Positions 11,108 through 20,754 of a stretch of DNA of 64,000 nt are shown piece by piece. The stretch is taken from NCBI GenBank assembly GCA_965198225.1, contig CBDAOY010000009.1:608001-672000 (forward strand). The letters are read 5' to 3'. A model generated the notes under the pieces. That model saw only the letters and a list, made by a program, of their open reading frames with translations. It ran no database searches and was not told where the DNA came from. Positions within the stretch are counted from its first letter, which is position 1; every line of letters starts with the position of its first letter. Position numbers and translations under genes: made by a program. The stretch is from Terriglobia bacterium. GTDB taxonomy: Bacteria; Acidobacteriota; Terriglobia; 20CM-2-55-15.

Positions 11108-12712
11108 ATGCAGATCGAGATCGATGAATTCCTGAGACAGCATGAGCAGACGACCGAGCCGCTGTCGAGCGACTACGCTCGTCGATTCTGGGACATGTCT
11201 ATCAACGGGACCGAAGAAAACGCCAAGGCGCTGGCCGAATCGAAGGAGAGATACCTCAAGGTCTTCAGCAATCGCGCCGATTTTCGCAGACTCAACGCCT
11301 GGCGCGAGGCGATCAGCAAAGGCGCACTCGTCGACCCCCTGACCGAACGCCAGATCGACCTGCTTCACGATAGTTACGTGCCTTACCAGATGGACGAGTC
11401 GGTCCTTTCCGACATCGGTGGCCGCGAAACGGCAATCGAGAATGTGTTCAACACGTTTCGCCCTGATTTCGAAGGCGCGCCGGTGACCGACAACCAGTTG
11501 AGGGACGTGTTACGCGAAGAGACGGACCCCGAGCGTCGGCGCTCGGCGTGGGAGGCTTCGAAGCAAGTCGGCGGAGCCGTTGCCGAGGATCTCATCGACC
11601 TCGTCAGGATCCGCAACCGTGAGGCACGGAAGCTCGGCTACCGCGACTTCTACGGGATGCACCTCCAGCTTCAGGAGCTCGATGAGACGTGGCTCTTCGA
11701 GCTGTTCGACCGGCTGGAGGCTGTCTCCGAGGCCGCCTATGTTGCGGTAAAAGACGGCCTGGACCGAAGCCTGAAGCAACGATCGGCGATCTCAGGACCC
11801 GCGGCCCACCCGTGGCTGTACGGCGATCCGTTCTTCCAGGAACTCCCTGCTACCGGGATCACGCAAACATTGGACGCGATCTTCAAGCATCGCGACATCG
11901 AGCAGCTGACGAGTGAGCATTTTCGCAGTATCGGTCTCGAAGTCGATGATCTGATCGAGCGGGCGGACCTCTACGAACGTGAAGGGAAGTCGCAGCATGC
12001 TTTCTGTCTCGACGTGGATCGCGGCGGGGACGTGCGGGTACTCTGCAACATTCGTTCCGACGAGCGGTGGATGAGCACGATGCTCCATGAGTTTGGCCAC
12101 GCCGTCTACGACAAGTACAACGATCCTGCGCTTCCGTTCGTGCTGCGTGAGCCGGCGCACACCCTGACGACCGAAGCCATCGCGATGCTGAACGGGCGTA
12201 TGACGAAAACACCTTCCTGGCTCGTGCGGCTCGCCGGCCTCGCCCCCGAGCGGGCTGACGCCATCGGCGACGAAGTGTTCGCCGGAATTCGCGCCTCGAT
12301 GCTGATATTTGTGCGATGGGCGCTGACGCTCGTCCGTTTTGAGCGAGAGCTCTACCGGGATCCCGATCAGGCCCTGAATCCCCTCTGGTGGGACCACGTC
12401 GAGCGGATCCAGAAGGTGACGCCGCCTCCAGATCGCGATCGTCCCGACTGGGCTTCCAAGATTCACTTGGCGAGTTCACCGGTGTACTACCAGAACTACG
12501 TTCTGGGTGAGTTGATGGCGTCCCAGTTGCTGTCCTACATCGAGCGGGAGATCGTGGATGACGGAATATTCGCGGGCGATGCGGCCGGAAACTACCTGGC
12601 GGAAAACATATTTAAACCCGGATCGAGATGGAACTGGAACACGATGCTGGAACATGCGACCGGAGAGCCGCTGAATCCGGAACATTTCATCCGTCAGTTC
12701 GAGATCGCGTAG
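11108..12712 (+). CDS. M2/M3-family zinc metallopeptidase
   Basis: HEFGH plus downstream E (TEAIA), REGKSQHAFC, PVYYQNY. Confidence 0.88.
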   Translation: MQIEIDEFLRQHEQTTEPLSSDYARRFWDMSINGTEENAKALAESKERYLKVFSNRADFRRLNAWREAISKGALVDPLTERQIDLLHDSYVPYQMDESVLSDIGGRETAIENVFNTFRPDFEGAPVTDNQLRDVLREETDPERRRSAWEASKQVGGAVAEDLIDLVRIRNREARKLGYRDFYGMHLQLQELDETWLFELFDRLEAVSEAAYVAVKDGLDRSLKQRSAISGPAAHPWLYGDPFFQELPATGITQTLDAIFKHRDIEQLTSEHFRSIGLEVDDLIERADLYEREGKSQHAFCLDVDRGGDVRVLCNIRSDERWMSTMLHEFGHAVYDKYNDPALPFVLREPAHTLTTEAIAMLNGRMTKTPSWLVRLAGLAPERADAIGDEVFAGIRASMLIFVRWALTLVRFERELYRDPDQALNPLWWDHVERIQKVTPPPDRDRPDWASKIHLASSPVYYQNYVLGELMASQLLSYIEREIVDDGIFAGDAAGNYLAENIFKPGSRWNWNTMLEHATGEPLNPEHFIRQFEIA

Positions 12713-12766
12713 ACGTTGATCCTTAAGTTGAAGGTCCTTGCTCTCAGATTCCCAGGATCAGGAGTT

Positions 12767-12966
12767 CTCAGCGATCAGCTTTCAGCCAAGAGACCAGGCA
12801 GCATTTTGCCAAAAGGGTCCCTGCCCTTTTACGCCGCGCTCCAGCTTTCTTCGACGAGATCAATCGGACAGAGCGAGGATGGAAACCGAAGCCAACTGAG
12901 ATTGGCCTGAAGGACCTCCGGTAACTATAGTCTTTGTCCGGCACCGAACGCCGCTAGCTGACTGCT
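12767..12966. repeat. Degenerate TCAGC/GCTGA heptamer-arm element, family F
   Basis: TCAGCGATCAGCTTTCAGC ... GCTAGCTGACTGCT; related arm at 27741-27760. Confidence 0.45.
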
Positions 12967-12980
12967 TGGGCTGCGCACAC

Positions 12981-13013
12981 AAAAGAGGGGCGGCCACAGG
13001 ACCGCCCCTTTTT
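12981..13013. terminator. Bidirectional rho-independent terminator
   Basis: AAAAGAGGGGCGG-CCACAGGA-CCGCCCCTTTTT between convergent genes. Confidence 0.8.
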
Positions 13014-13038
13014 GGGGATGGATTCTGCTTCTGTAGAA

Positions 13039-13551
13039 CTAGCCGCTGATGCTTCGGGCGTAGCTCAGGATGTTGCGGGCCGCTGCCAGGGTGCTCTCGA
13101 CGTATTGCATCCACTGCTCCTGGCTGTATTGCGGCGGCGGCGCCTGGTCTGCGAGACCTTCGGCCGCGGCGACCGCTCTTTCCCCGTACTGGACGGCCTT
13201 GGGAAGTTGCCGGCGCCCGACGGCGAGCGTTCTGGAAACGGTCATCAGAGCGCTAATGTTGTCGTCATCTCTTTCGATGGCCTTCTCGCCGAACTCGATG
13301 ACTTTCCCGGTCTCGTTCCTCTGTCCGTAGATTTCCATCAACATCACGTATATGTCGACGACAACGTCAGATTCGGAAAACTGCTGTTCGAACTCCAAAC
13401 AGAGTCTTTCCTTTTCCTCAGGGTCCCCTGCGGCGGTGATCTGCTGGTACAGCCGGTCTTCCGGGCTGCCGGCCACCAACTGCGCCGATGCGTGCGTTGC
13501 GCTCGCCAAGAGCAAGACAACACAACCAATTAGCACGATGTTTCGCTTCAT
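13039..13551 (-). CDS. Secreted TPR-like helical protein
   Basis: Sec signal ending ASA; helical-repeat pattern (EFGEKAIERDDDNISAL). Confidence 0.75.
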   Translation of the reverse strand: MKRNIVLIGCVVLLLASATHASAQLVAGSPEDRLYQQITAAGDPEEKERLCLEFEQQFSESDVVVDIYVMLMEIYGQRNETGKVIEFGEKAIERDDDNISALMTVSRTLAVGRRQLPKAVQYGERAVAAAEGLADQAPPPQYSQEQWMQYVESTLAAARNILSYARSISG

Positions 13552-13771
13552 TTCTCGTACTCCTCTGTTCGCTGTCGCAAATTTATCAGAATTTGGGGCG
13601 AGTGGTCACTTTTTTTAGGACCTGGCACAGAAACAGGCCTCCGGCAACTCCCCCCTACAACCGGTTGACCTCATAGCTGCGGAAGAGTACCTTTATGCGA
13701 TCCCATCGAGAATGACGGGGTTTCGTCACCTGAGGAGGCCCCTTTTGCAGTCCACATCCGAGGAGTATCGA

Positions 13772-14401
13772 ATGGCGGATAAGAAAGACGAGAACACCCC
13801 GAAACTGAAGGCGGGCCTGTCCCGACGCGGTTTCCTGAAGGTGACCGGCGCCGGTGCGATCACGACCGGCCTGGTTCCTCCCCTGCTGGAGGGGTTTCCG
13901 CAGCAGGCGGCCGTGGCCGGTCCGGGCACTGTGTCCATCCGGTTGAACATCAACGGCCGGACGCGTTCGCTCGAAGTCGAACCACGCGTGACACTGCTCG
14001 ACGCGTTGAGAAACCGGCTGGCCCTGACCGGAGCCAAGAAAGTCTGCGATCGGGCGTCCTGCGGTGCCTGCACCGTCATCATGGATGGTCAGGCCGTCTA
14101 TGCCTGCTCGGTCCTTGCGATCGAAGCCCAGGGGCACCGGATCGAGACCGTGGAGTCTCTGGCCAGCGGAGGCCGACTGCATCCTGTTCAGGAAGCCTTC
14201 GTCGAAAACGACGCGCAGCAATGCGGCTTCTGCACGCCCGGCTTTGTCGTGGCGAGCAAGGCCCTGCTGGACCGGAATCCGAACCCGACCCGGGAGGAAG
14301 TGCTGCGGGGTTTGAGCGGCAACCTGTGTCGCTGCGGAACCTATGTCGGCGTCGCCCAGGCGGTGCTGGAAGCTGCACCGGGAGGAGGGACAAATGGCTA
14401 G
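13772..14401 (+). CDS. Xanthine oxidase-family 2x[2Fe-2S] subunit with Tat signal (PaoA/YagT-like)
   Basis: SRRGFLK Tat motif; CDRASCGAC, QCGFC, CRC. Confidence 0.93.
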   Translation: MADKKDENTPKLKAGLSRRGFLKVTGAGAITTGLVPPLLEGFPQQAAVAGPGTVSIRLNINGRTRSLEVEPRVTLLDALRNRLALTGAKKVCDRASCGACTVIMDGQAVYACSVLAIEAQGHRIETVESLASGGRLHPVQEAFVENDAQQCGFCTPGFVVASKALLDRNPNPTREEVLRGLSGNLCRCGTYVGVAQAVLEAAPGGGTNG

Positions 14402-16538
14402 CACCAAATGGCCCCTGAGGTCTGATTTCAGACAGATCGGACGCAGGACCCAGCGACTGGACGGCCCGGCCAAAGTGACCGGCCTTGCCAAGTACGCCTA
14501 CGACATCAACCGCCGGGGGATGCTGATCGGGAAGATCGTCTCCTGCCCGCACGCACACGCCAGAGTGGTGAGTATCGACACCTCGGCGGCTGAAGCCATG
14601 CCCGGTGTTCGGGCCGTGCTCGTCATGACCGAGCCCGGGAACGAGGTGCAGTGGGAAGGCGCCGAAATCGTATCCGTTGCCGCCGACACCGAGGAGCAGG
14701 CGATGGAGGCGGTCCGGGCGGTCCAGGTGGAGTACGAGGTGCTCGATCACCTGGTCGATGTCGAAGACTTCGACAGCGTTCCCGACGACCGGAAGATGGA
14801 ACCCAGGGAACGAGCCGAGGGTGATGTGGACACCGCGATGTCGGCCGCCGCTCATGCCGTCGAGAACCAGTATGGTCTGGCCATCGTCACCCATTGCTGC
14901 CTGGAACCGCACGGGCAGGTGGCGGAGTGGACGGCGGACGATGCGATCAGCTACTGGCCTTCGACGCAGAACGTGTCCGGCTACTCCGGACAGGTGGCGT
15001 CCTCGTTCAACATCCCGGCGGCCAATGTAAGTGTTAGTTGCCAGTACATCGGCGGCGGGTTCGGTTCCAAGTTCGGAGTCGATCGATGGGGTATCGAGGC
15101 GGGTCGGCTCGCCAAGGAAACGGGTCGTCCGGTCAAGATGATGCTCGAGCGGAGCCAGGAACTGATGATGGCCGGCATGCGTCCCTCCGCCTTTGCGAGG
15201 GTTCGCATCGGATGCGATTCCGAGGGTGTGCTGACGGCCTTCGAATCCATGGCATGGGGGACATCGGGTGTCCAGGCGAGCCCGAACCCTCCGATGCCCT
15301 ACATCTTTACCAGCATTCCGAACACGAAGACTTCGGTGGTGGGTGTCCGTGCCAACACGGGCCCGGCCCGCGCGTGGCGCGCCCCCAACCATCCGCAGGC
15401 CGCGCTTCTGACGATGTCGGCCGTCGAAGATCTGGCGTCGGAGATGGGGGTGGATCCGTTGGACTTCTTCATGCGGAACCTGCACCTGACGCCGCTGGAG
15501 GACGTCTACCGCGAAGAGTTGGAGATCGCCGCGGAGATGATCGACTACAGGGGCAAGTCCCATCCTCGTGGAGAAAGCGGTCCAGGCCCGGTGAAGAAGG
15601 GTCTCGGGACATCGATTCACACCTGGCGCGGATCGGGTCATCAGAGCCGATGCCAGTGCGATGTACACAGTGACGGTTCCGTCGAGATCCGAATCGGCAC
15701 GCAGGACCTGGGTACCGGCACTCGGACGATCATAGCGATCGTCGCGGGTGAGACTCTAGGCTTGCCGATCGACAACATCGGTGTTCGGATCGGCGAGAAC
15801 TCATACCCACAATCGGGTGCGTCGGGCGGCAGCACAACCGTTGGGGGTGTGAGTTCGTCCACACGCCGCGCGACGACGGCCGCCCTCAACGAGCTCTTTG
15901 CCATCGTGGCGCCGATCCTCGAGACACCCGCTGACGACTTGGAGGCCGTCGACGGTCGGATCCAGTCGCGGACGAACAGATCTCGAAGCTTGAGTTGGAC
16001 CGAAGCGACCTCCAAGATCGGCCCGACGCCGATTTCGGTGACCGCCACTCGAGACGAGCCAGGCGACGAGGATCGGCTCTACGACGGCGGCGTCGGCGGG
16101 GTTCAGATGGCCGAAGTAAGCGTCGACGTCGAGACCGGGATCATCCGTGTAGAAAACATGGTTGCGGTCCAGGACTGCGGGCTGGTCATGGACGTGATGA
16201 CGGCTGAGAGCCAGGTTTACGGCGCGATGATCATGGGAATCTGCGGCGCCCTCTACGAAGAGAAGATCGCCGACTCCCAGACAGGCCGTTTGCTGAATCC
16301 CAACATGGAGACCTACAAGTTAGCCGGGATCGGGGATATCGGTCGGCTGCAAGTTCACATGATGACCGGGCCCGGTTACGACGAACGTGGCCCGGTCGGA
16401 TTGGGAGAGCCGCCGGCGAACTCACCGATCGCCGCCGTCGGGAATGCCGTCGCCAACGCTATCGGCGTTCGTGTGCAATTCGCACCCTTCACACCAGATC
16501 GGGTTCTCGGGGCCCTGGATAGAGGAGGTCGCGCATGA
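14394..16538 (+). CDS. Xanthine oxidase-family molybdopterin-binding subunit (PaoC/YagR-like)
   Basis: DGPAKVTG, GGGFGSK, RAP, GTQDLGTG, SGGSTT, catalytic Glu in GLGEPP. Confidence 0.93.
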   Translation: MASTKWPLRSDFRQIGRRTQRLDGPAKVTGLAKYAYDINRRGMLIGKIVSCPHAHARVVSIDTSAAEAMPGVRAVLVMTEPGNEVQWEGAEIVSVAADTEEQAMEAVRAVQVEYEVLDHLVDVEDFDSVPDDRKMEPRERAEGDVDTAMSAAAHAVENQYGLAIVTHCCLEPHGQVAEWTADDAISYWPSTQNVSGYSGQVASSFNIPAANVSVSCQYIGGGFGSKFGVDRWGIEAGRLAKETGRPVKMMLERSQELMMAGMRPSAFARVRIGCDSEGVLTAFESMAWGTSGVQASPNPPMPYIFTSIPNTKTSVVGVRANTGPARAWRAPNHPQAALLTMSAVEDLASEMGVDPLDFFMRNLHLTPLEDVYREELEIAAEMIDYRGKSHPRGESGPGPVKKGLGTSIHTWRGSGHQSRCQCDVHSDGSVEIRIGTQDLGTGTRTIIAIVAGETLGLPIDNIGVRIGENSYPQSGASGGSTTVGGVSSSTRRATTAALNELFAIVAPILETPADDLEAVDGRIQSRTNRSRSLSWTEATSKIGPTPISVTATRDEPGDEDRLYDGGVGGVQMAEVSVDVETGIIRVENMVAVQDCGLVMDVMTAESQVYGAMIMGICGALYEEKIADSQTGRLLNPNMETYKLAGIGDIGRLQVHMMTGPGYDERGPVGLGEPPANSPIAAVGNAVANAIGVRVQFAPFTPDRVLGALDRGGRA

Positions 16539-17509
16539 AACCTTTTGAATATGCGAATCCGACGACTCTCAAGGATGCGGTGGATCTACTGAGTGGGGAC
16601 TGGGGGGAGACGGCGATCCTGGCCGGCGGGACCGACCTGCTCGCCTTGATGAAGGACGAGTTGGAGACCCCCTCTCGCGTGGTCGACGTCAAAGGCATTG
16701 CCGAACTGGGTGGCATCAAGCACTCGTCGGACGGGTTGATGCTCGGCGCCACCGCGAAGATGGACCACCTGGCCACCGAAGACGGCGTAGCTCGGAGGTA
16801 TCGGGCGTTGCACGACGCCGCGGTCGGAATCACGAGTCCCCAGATCCGAAACCGGCGCACTATCGCCGGCGACCTATGCCAGCGCCCGCGGTGCTGGTTT
16901 TACCGTCTGGGCTACGGTCTGCTTGCGATGGAGAACGGGCAATCGCTGGTTCCGGGCGGAGACAATCGCTACCACGCGATTTTCGGCAACGATGGACCAG
17001 CGTATTTTGTGAGCCCGTCAAGCCTTGGCCCTGCACTTGTCGCGCTCGCCGCCGAGGTCGGCATCCTCGGGCCGGATGGAATACGTGACGTGCCGGCCGC
17101 GGATTTCTTCGTCACTCCGGGGTCGGTCGACGAGCGGGAGAACGTTCTCCAGGCCAACGAGATAGTGGCCGAGGTTCGGGTGCCCAACGCTCCAGCAACG
17201 AACGCGACATACGAGGTCCGCCAGAAGCTGCAACTGGATTCCCCCATGGCGACCGCGTCCGTCGTGCTCGACATCGTGGACGGGACGGTCAGCTCCGCCA
17301 GAGTCGTTCTCGGGCACGTCGCACCGACCCCGTGGCGATCGGAGGCGGCCGAGCAGGCGATTACCGGGCAGGCGGTGACGGAAGAAACGGCCGCGGCTGC
17401 CGGTGATGCCGCAGCCGCCGGTGCGACCCCGATGTCGCGGAACGGATACAAGGTGCAGTTGACCAGAGTCGCCGTTAAGCGCGCCATTCTGGCCGCGGCC
17501 AGAGGCTGA
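16535..17509 (+). CDS. Xanthine oxidase-family FAD-binding subunit (PaoB/YagS-like)
   Basis: AGGTDL, SPQIRN..TIAG.LCQRPRCW, LGHVAPTPWR, NGYK. Confidence 0.93.
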   Translation: MKPFEYANPTTLKDAVDLLSGDWGETAILAGGTDLLALMKDELETPSRVVDVKGIAELGGIKHSSDGLMLGATAKMDHLATEDGVARRYRALHDAAVGITSPQIRNRRTIAGDLCQRPRCWFYRLGYGLLAMENGQSLVPGGDNRYHAIFGNDGPAYFVSPSSLGPALVALAAEVGILGPDGIRDVPAADFFVTPGSVDERENVLQANEIVAEVRVPNAPATNATYEVRQKLQLDSPMATASVVLDIVDGTVSSARVVLGHVAPTPWRSEAAEQAITGQAVTEETAAAAGDAAAAGATPMSRNGYKVQLTRVAVKRAILAAARG

Positions 17510-17512
17510 AGA

Positions 17513-17599
17513 AGTAGTCAGTAGTCAGTAGCCAGTAGTCGGTTGAAGACACCTGACCTGGCAGTTTCTCCTATCCGAAACTGACTACTGGCTACAGAC
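17513..17599. repeat. Family A heptamer repeat interrupted by the IS; the rest of the right arm lies at 18919-18938
   Basis: AGTAGTCAGTAGTCAGTAGCCAGTAGTCGGTT ... AACTGACTACTGGCTACAGAC | IS | GCTACAGACTACTGATTACT. Confidence 0.88.
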
Positions 17600-18918
17600 C
17601 AGTAGTGTCCGACAGATTTAGGACCTCCCGGTCCTAAAGTTAGAACTGACGCGATGTAGCGCGCTTGTCAAGGTGTTAACGATTTGATTTCTGTGCGGCC
17701 TTCGCGGCAGCCTTTCCAGAGGTTTCTGGGAGGCACCGATGTACGCTGGCAAGCTGGTCTTCGCACAAGTCATGGAGTTCGCGCCGTGGTATACGTTCCG
17801 TCGTCTGGTGACCAAGTACCGCGGCAATTTCAACGTCCGCACATTCAGTTGCCTGGACCAGTTCCTATGCATGGCCTTCGCTCAGCTGACCTATCGGGAG
17901 AGCCTGCGCGACATTCAAGCCTGCTTGCGAGCCCAACCCGCCAAGCTCTACCACCTGGGGTTGCACGGGAAGGTCAGCCGCAGTGCATTGGCCGATGCCA
18001 ACGAGTCTCGCGACTGGCGCATCTACGGAGAGTTCGCTCAGGCGCTGATCCGCATCGCACGCCGCTTGTATGCCCACGAGCCGCTCGGGATCGACCTGGA
18101 CGAAACCGTCTACGCGCTCGACTCCACGATGATCAGTCTGTGCTTGTCGCTGTTCCCTTGGGCGCACTTTCGAAAGACCGAAGCCGCGGTGAAGCTTCAT
18201 ACGCTGCTCGACCTGCGTGGCGGTATCCCCAGCTTCATCCACATCTCCGAAGGCAGGCTGCACGACGTCAACGTTCTCGACCTGCTCATCGCCGAAGCCG
18301 GTGCTTTCTACGTGATGGACCGCGGCTATCTCGACTTCGATCGCCTCTACACCTTCAATCAAGCCGGGAGCTTCTTCGTCACCCGTGCTCGATCCGACTT
18401 CGCGTTCAAGCGCATCTACTCCCAACCCGTCGACCGACACACGGGCCTCATCTGCGATCAGACTATCGAACTGACCGTATTTCGCTCCCGCCGCGGCTAC
18501 CCCGAACGGTTGCGTCGCATTCGTTATCGCGATCCCGAGGGTCGGCGACTGGTTTTCTTGACCAATCACATGACGCTCCCAGCCCGGACCATCTGCGAGT
18601 TGTATCGCCTGCGCTGGCAGGTGGAGCTGTTCTTCAAATGGATCAAACAGCACCTGCGCATCAAGCGTTTCTTCGGCACTTCCGAGAACGCCGTCAAAAC
18701 TCAGGTCTGGGTCGCCGTGAGCGTTTACGTGCTGGTGGCTATCGTGCGTAAAGAACTGAATTTGCCTTTGTCGTTGCACTCAATGTTACAGATCTTGAGT
18801 GTCACACCATTTGAGAATGTGCCTCTTTTTCAGCTGCTTACCGAATCCGGGCTCATCTCAAATCGACACTCTAACGCTAACCAATTGAATCTATTCTGAA
18901 ACGTGTCGGACACTACTG
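17600..18918 (+). mobile_element. IS4-family insertion sequence, 1319 bp, 15-bp perfect TIRs, 9-bp target duplication
   Basis: TIR CAGTAGTGTCCGACA at 17600-17614 and its reverse complement at 18904-18918; GCTACAGAC duplicated at 17591-17599 and 18919-18927. Confidence 0.95.
17739..18899 (+). CDS. IS4-family DDE transposase (DUF4372-type N-terminus)
   Basis: LDST, MDRGY, Y..RW.VE.FFK (YREK) signature. Confidence 0.95.
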   Translation: MYAGKLVFAQVMEFAPWYTFRRLVTKYRGNFNVRTFSCLDQFLCMAFAQLTYRESLRDIQACLRAQPAKLYHLGLHGKVSRSALADANESRDWRIYGEFAQALIRIARRLYAHEPLGIDLDETVYALDSTMISLCLSLFPWAHFRKTEAAVKLHTLLDLRGGIPSFIHISEGRLHDVNVLDLLIAEAGAFYVMDRGYLDFDRLYTFNQAGSFFVTRARSDFAFKRIYSQPVDRHTGLICDQTIELTVFRSRRGYPERLRRIRYRDPEGRRLVFLTNHMTLPARTICELYRLRWQVELFFKWIKQHLRIKRFFGTSENAVKTQVWVAVSVYVLVAIVRKELNLPLSLHSMLQILSVTPFENVPLFQLLTESGLISNRHSNANQLNLF

Positions 18919-18977
18919 GCTACAGACTACTGATTACTTGTAGAGGACAAGCCTGACGCTCTGAATATGGAGGTAGC

Positions 18978-19202
18978 ATGCCGATCCTGACAGGTTTAGC
19001 GGATCAGTATCCGAAACTGAAGAACGGTCACTGCAAGCACATTTACTCGAAGGAGATGTTCTACGAGACCGAGAGGGAGAGCGTGGACTACGCGTCGCGG
19101 ATCTACTGGTGCGGTCACACCCAGACTTGTCTGGGGCCCGACAACGTGGGCTGCGACATGGGCCACTGCAATCCTGACCGCCCTTGTTTCGAGAGCATCT
19201 GA
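18978..19202 (+). CDS. Small Cys-rich hypothetical protein (74 aa)
   Basis: GGAGG RBS; six Cys (CKH, YWC..TQTCLGPD...C....C.....CFE). Confidence 0.7.
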   Translation: MPILTGLADQYPKLKNGHCKHIYSKEMFYETERESVDYASRIYWCGHTQTCLGPDNVGCDMGHCNPDRPCFESI

Positions 19203-19284
19203 CGCGGTAACATTTCGGAAGTGTTATCCAACGGTTGAGCCGACCGCGGCGCTGCGGTCGTGGATGCCGAAATAAGGTGGAACA

Positions 19285-20031
19285 ATGAAAAAGACACTGC
19301 TTGGGACGATTGTCAGCCTGTGCTGCGTTTCGGTCGCGTTCGCCGGGGGTGCCGGCGAAGGCACGATTACCGGTAGCTATGTCGAAGTGCGCAGCAACGA
19401 TGTGTTTGTCGGACTGTGCTTCTCGAATTCCGAGACGCTCGGCCTCGTGGGCAGAGAAGGCACGATGGCCTGGAAAGTCGATAGCGGTTCCTACAACGGC
19501 GTTTCTCTCGACGGACTTTCCGTTGTGGCCGTGATTCTGGCGAACTCGACGCTGGGAGAGCAGTTCTCCGATCCGTATCCGATCCGGAGCGTCCTGATTG
19601 TCGACAGCCGCGCCAGCGTTCCCCAGCGCGCCGCGCTCCGTGCCATGGCACGGACGTCGGCCGGTGACATGCTCGGTACGGTTGTCCAAGAGGAGATTGC
19701 GCCCATCCGGTTCACCAGCAACGCTGCCGCTTCGCATGGAATGCGGCATATGATCGGCTTGCCCCATTCCGACGTGCTTCCCGTGACCAGCGTGCAGGCG
19801 GGATCGTGGGTCAACATCGAAACCCGCGAACTACGCCACTCTGATGACCTTTGCGCGAACCCTGAAGTGGTTTACAACCCGTTGGCTACCGGCATGCGTC
19901 GCGCTACACCCGTGTTCACCAAACAGATGGTGTTCACCGGTTCCGGACTGGGCGCCACCTGGAGTATCCCCGGAGCGCGCAGCGGATGGGTCGCGGATTT
20001 CGAGTTGAGCTCCGCTCCGATCAGCCGCTGA
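19285..20031 (+). CDS. Secreted DUF1326-like protein
   Basis: Signal peptide; G.YVEVRS.DVF.G.CF.NSE, MAW....G.Y.GV.L.GL.V. Confidence 0.72.
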   Translation: MKKTLLGTIVSLCCVSVAFAGGAGEGTITGSYVEVRSNDVFVGLCFSNSETLGLVGREGTMAWKVDSGSYNGVSLDGLSVVAVILANSTLGEQFSDPYPIRSVLIVDSRASVPQRAALRAMARTSAGDMLGTVVQEEIAPIRFTSNAAASHGMRHMIGLPHSDVLPVTSVQAGSWVNIETRELRHSDDLCANPEVVYNPLATGMRRATPVFTKQMVFTGSGLGATWSIPGARSGWVADFELSSAPISR

Positions 20032-20112
20032 AGGTACGAAAACACAGTTTGTTGACAACGACGAGCCGCGGATGGGCCGGGTGCCTGTCCGCGGTCTCTT
20101 TTGTGGAGACGG

Positions 20113-20754
20113 ATGAAGCGATTCCTGCTGGCCTGTTGCCTTCTCATCGTGACCGCAGCGGGGGCTTCTGGCGCGGACTACACGGTCGAGGTCATTAGCG
20201 ATCCGCCACCCGCGGGGCTGTCCGACGCGATCCGAAGCGAACTCCAGGAGTCCGGCCTTCGGGTACTCGAGGACGGCGAGCCTTTCTGTGACGTCTGGTT
20301 CCGGCGGTCGCTCCCGGGCGAAGGCGCTGGCGGCGGACTGTCCCGTTCCTACCCCGATGTTCCGGACACGGTGCTTCTCGGTGCAATTCGAGTCACCGGC
20401 GACATGCGGGACAACCGCGACAACCGATTCGAGAAGGGCCTTTACACGATCCGTCACGGACTCCAGCCGCAGGACGGTAATCATGTCGGCGCCTCCGAGT
20501 ACATCGACTTCGCTCTGCTGCTCAGCGCCGAGAGGGATTCCAGCGTTGACGGAAGCTTTTCAGATTCGATGGCGATGATTTACCGGAGTCTCGATGACGG
20601 CGGCACCGGCCACCCGGTTGTCTTTGCCATGATACCCCCCGATTCTTCGAACCAACCCAGCATTACCGAGAACCGGTTTGACCGGTGGGTGTTGGAAGCC
20701 AGGATTGGCGATCGGGTTATCGCCATCGAAATCGTCGGCTACTATGAGCATTAG
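20113..20754 (+). CDS. Secreted hypothetical protein
   Basis: Signal peptide; G.YT.R.GLQPQDGNH.G, GHP motifs; stop overlaps next gene. Confidence 0.75.
   Translation: MKRFLLACCLLIVTAAGASGADYTVEVISDPPPAGLSDAIRSELQESGLRVLEDGEPFCDVWFRRSLPGEGAGGGLSRSYPDVPDTVLLGAIRVTGDMRDNRDNRFEKGLYTIRHGLQPQDGNHVGASEYIDFALLLSAERDSSVDGSFSDSMAMIYRSLDDGGTGHPVVFAMIPPDSSNQPSITENRFDRWVLEARIGDRVIAIEIVGYYEH

Noticed and set aside
12790-12960. Possible structured ncRNA (CGGACAGAG...CTTTGTCCG pairing) between convergent genes
   Set aside because: No recognisable RNA family motif or promoter; may be the spacer of a family F repeat.
14079-15668. Long antisense or alternate-frame ORFs (14079-15668, 7477-8859, 23452-24798, 57567-59009, 35116-36291 and others)
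   Set aside because: Typical shadow ORFs in high-GC DNA that overlap well-supported genes.
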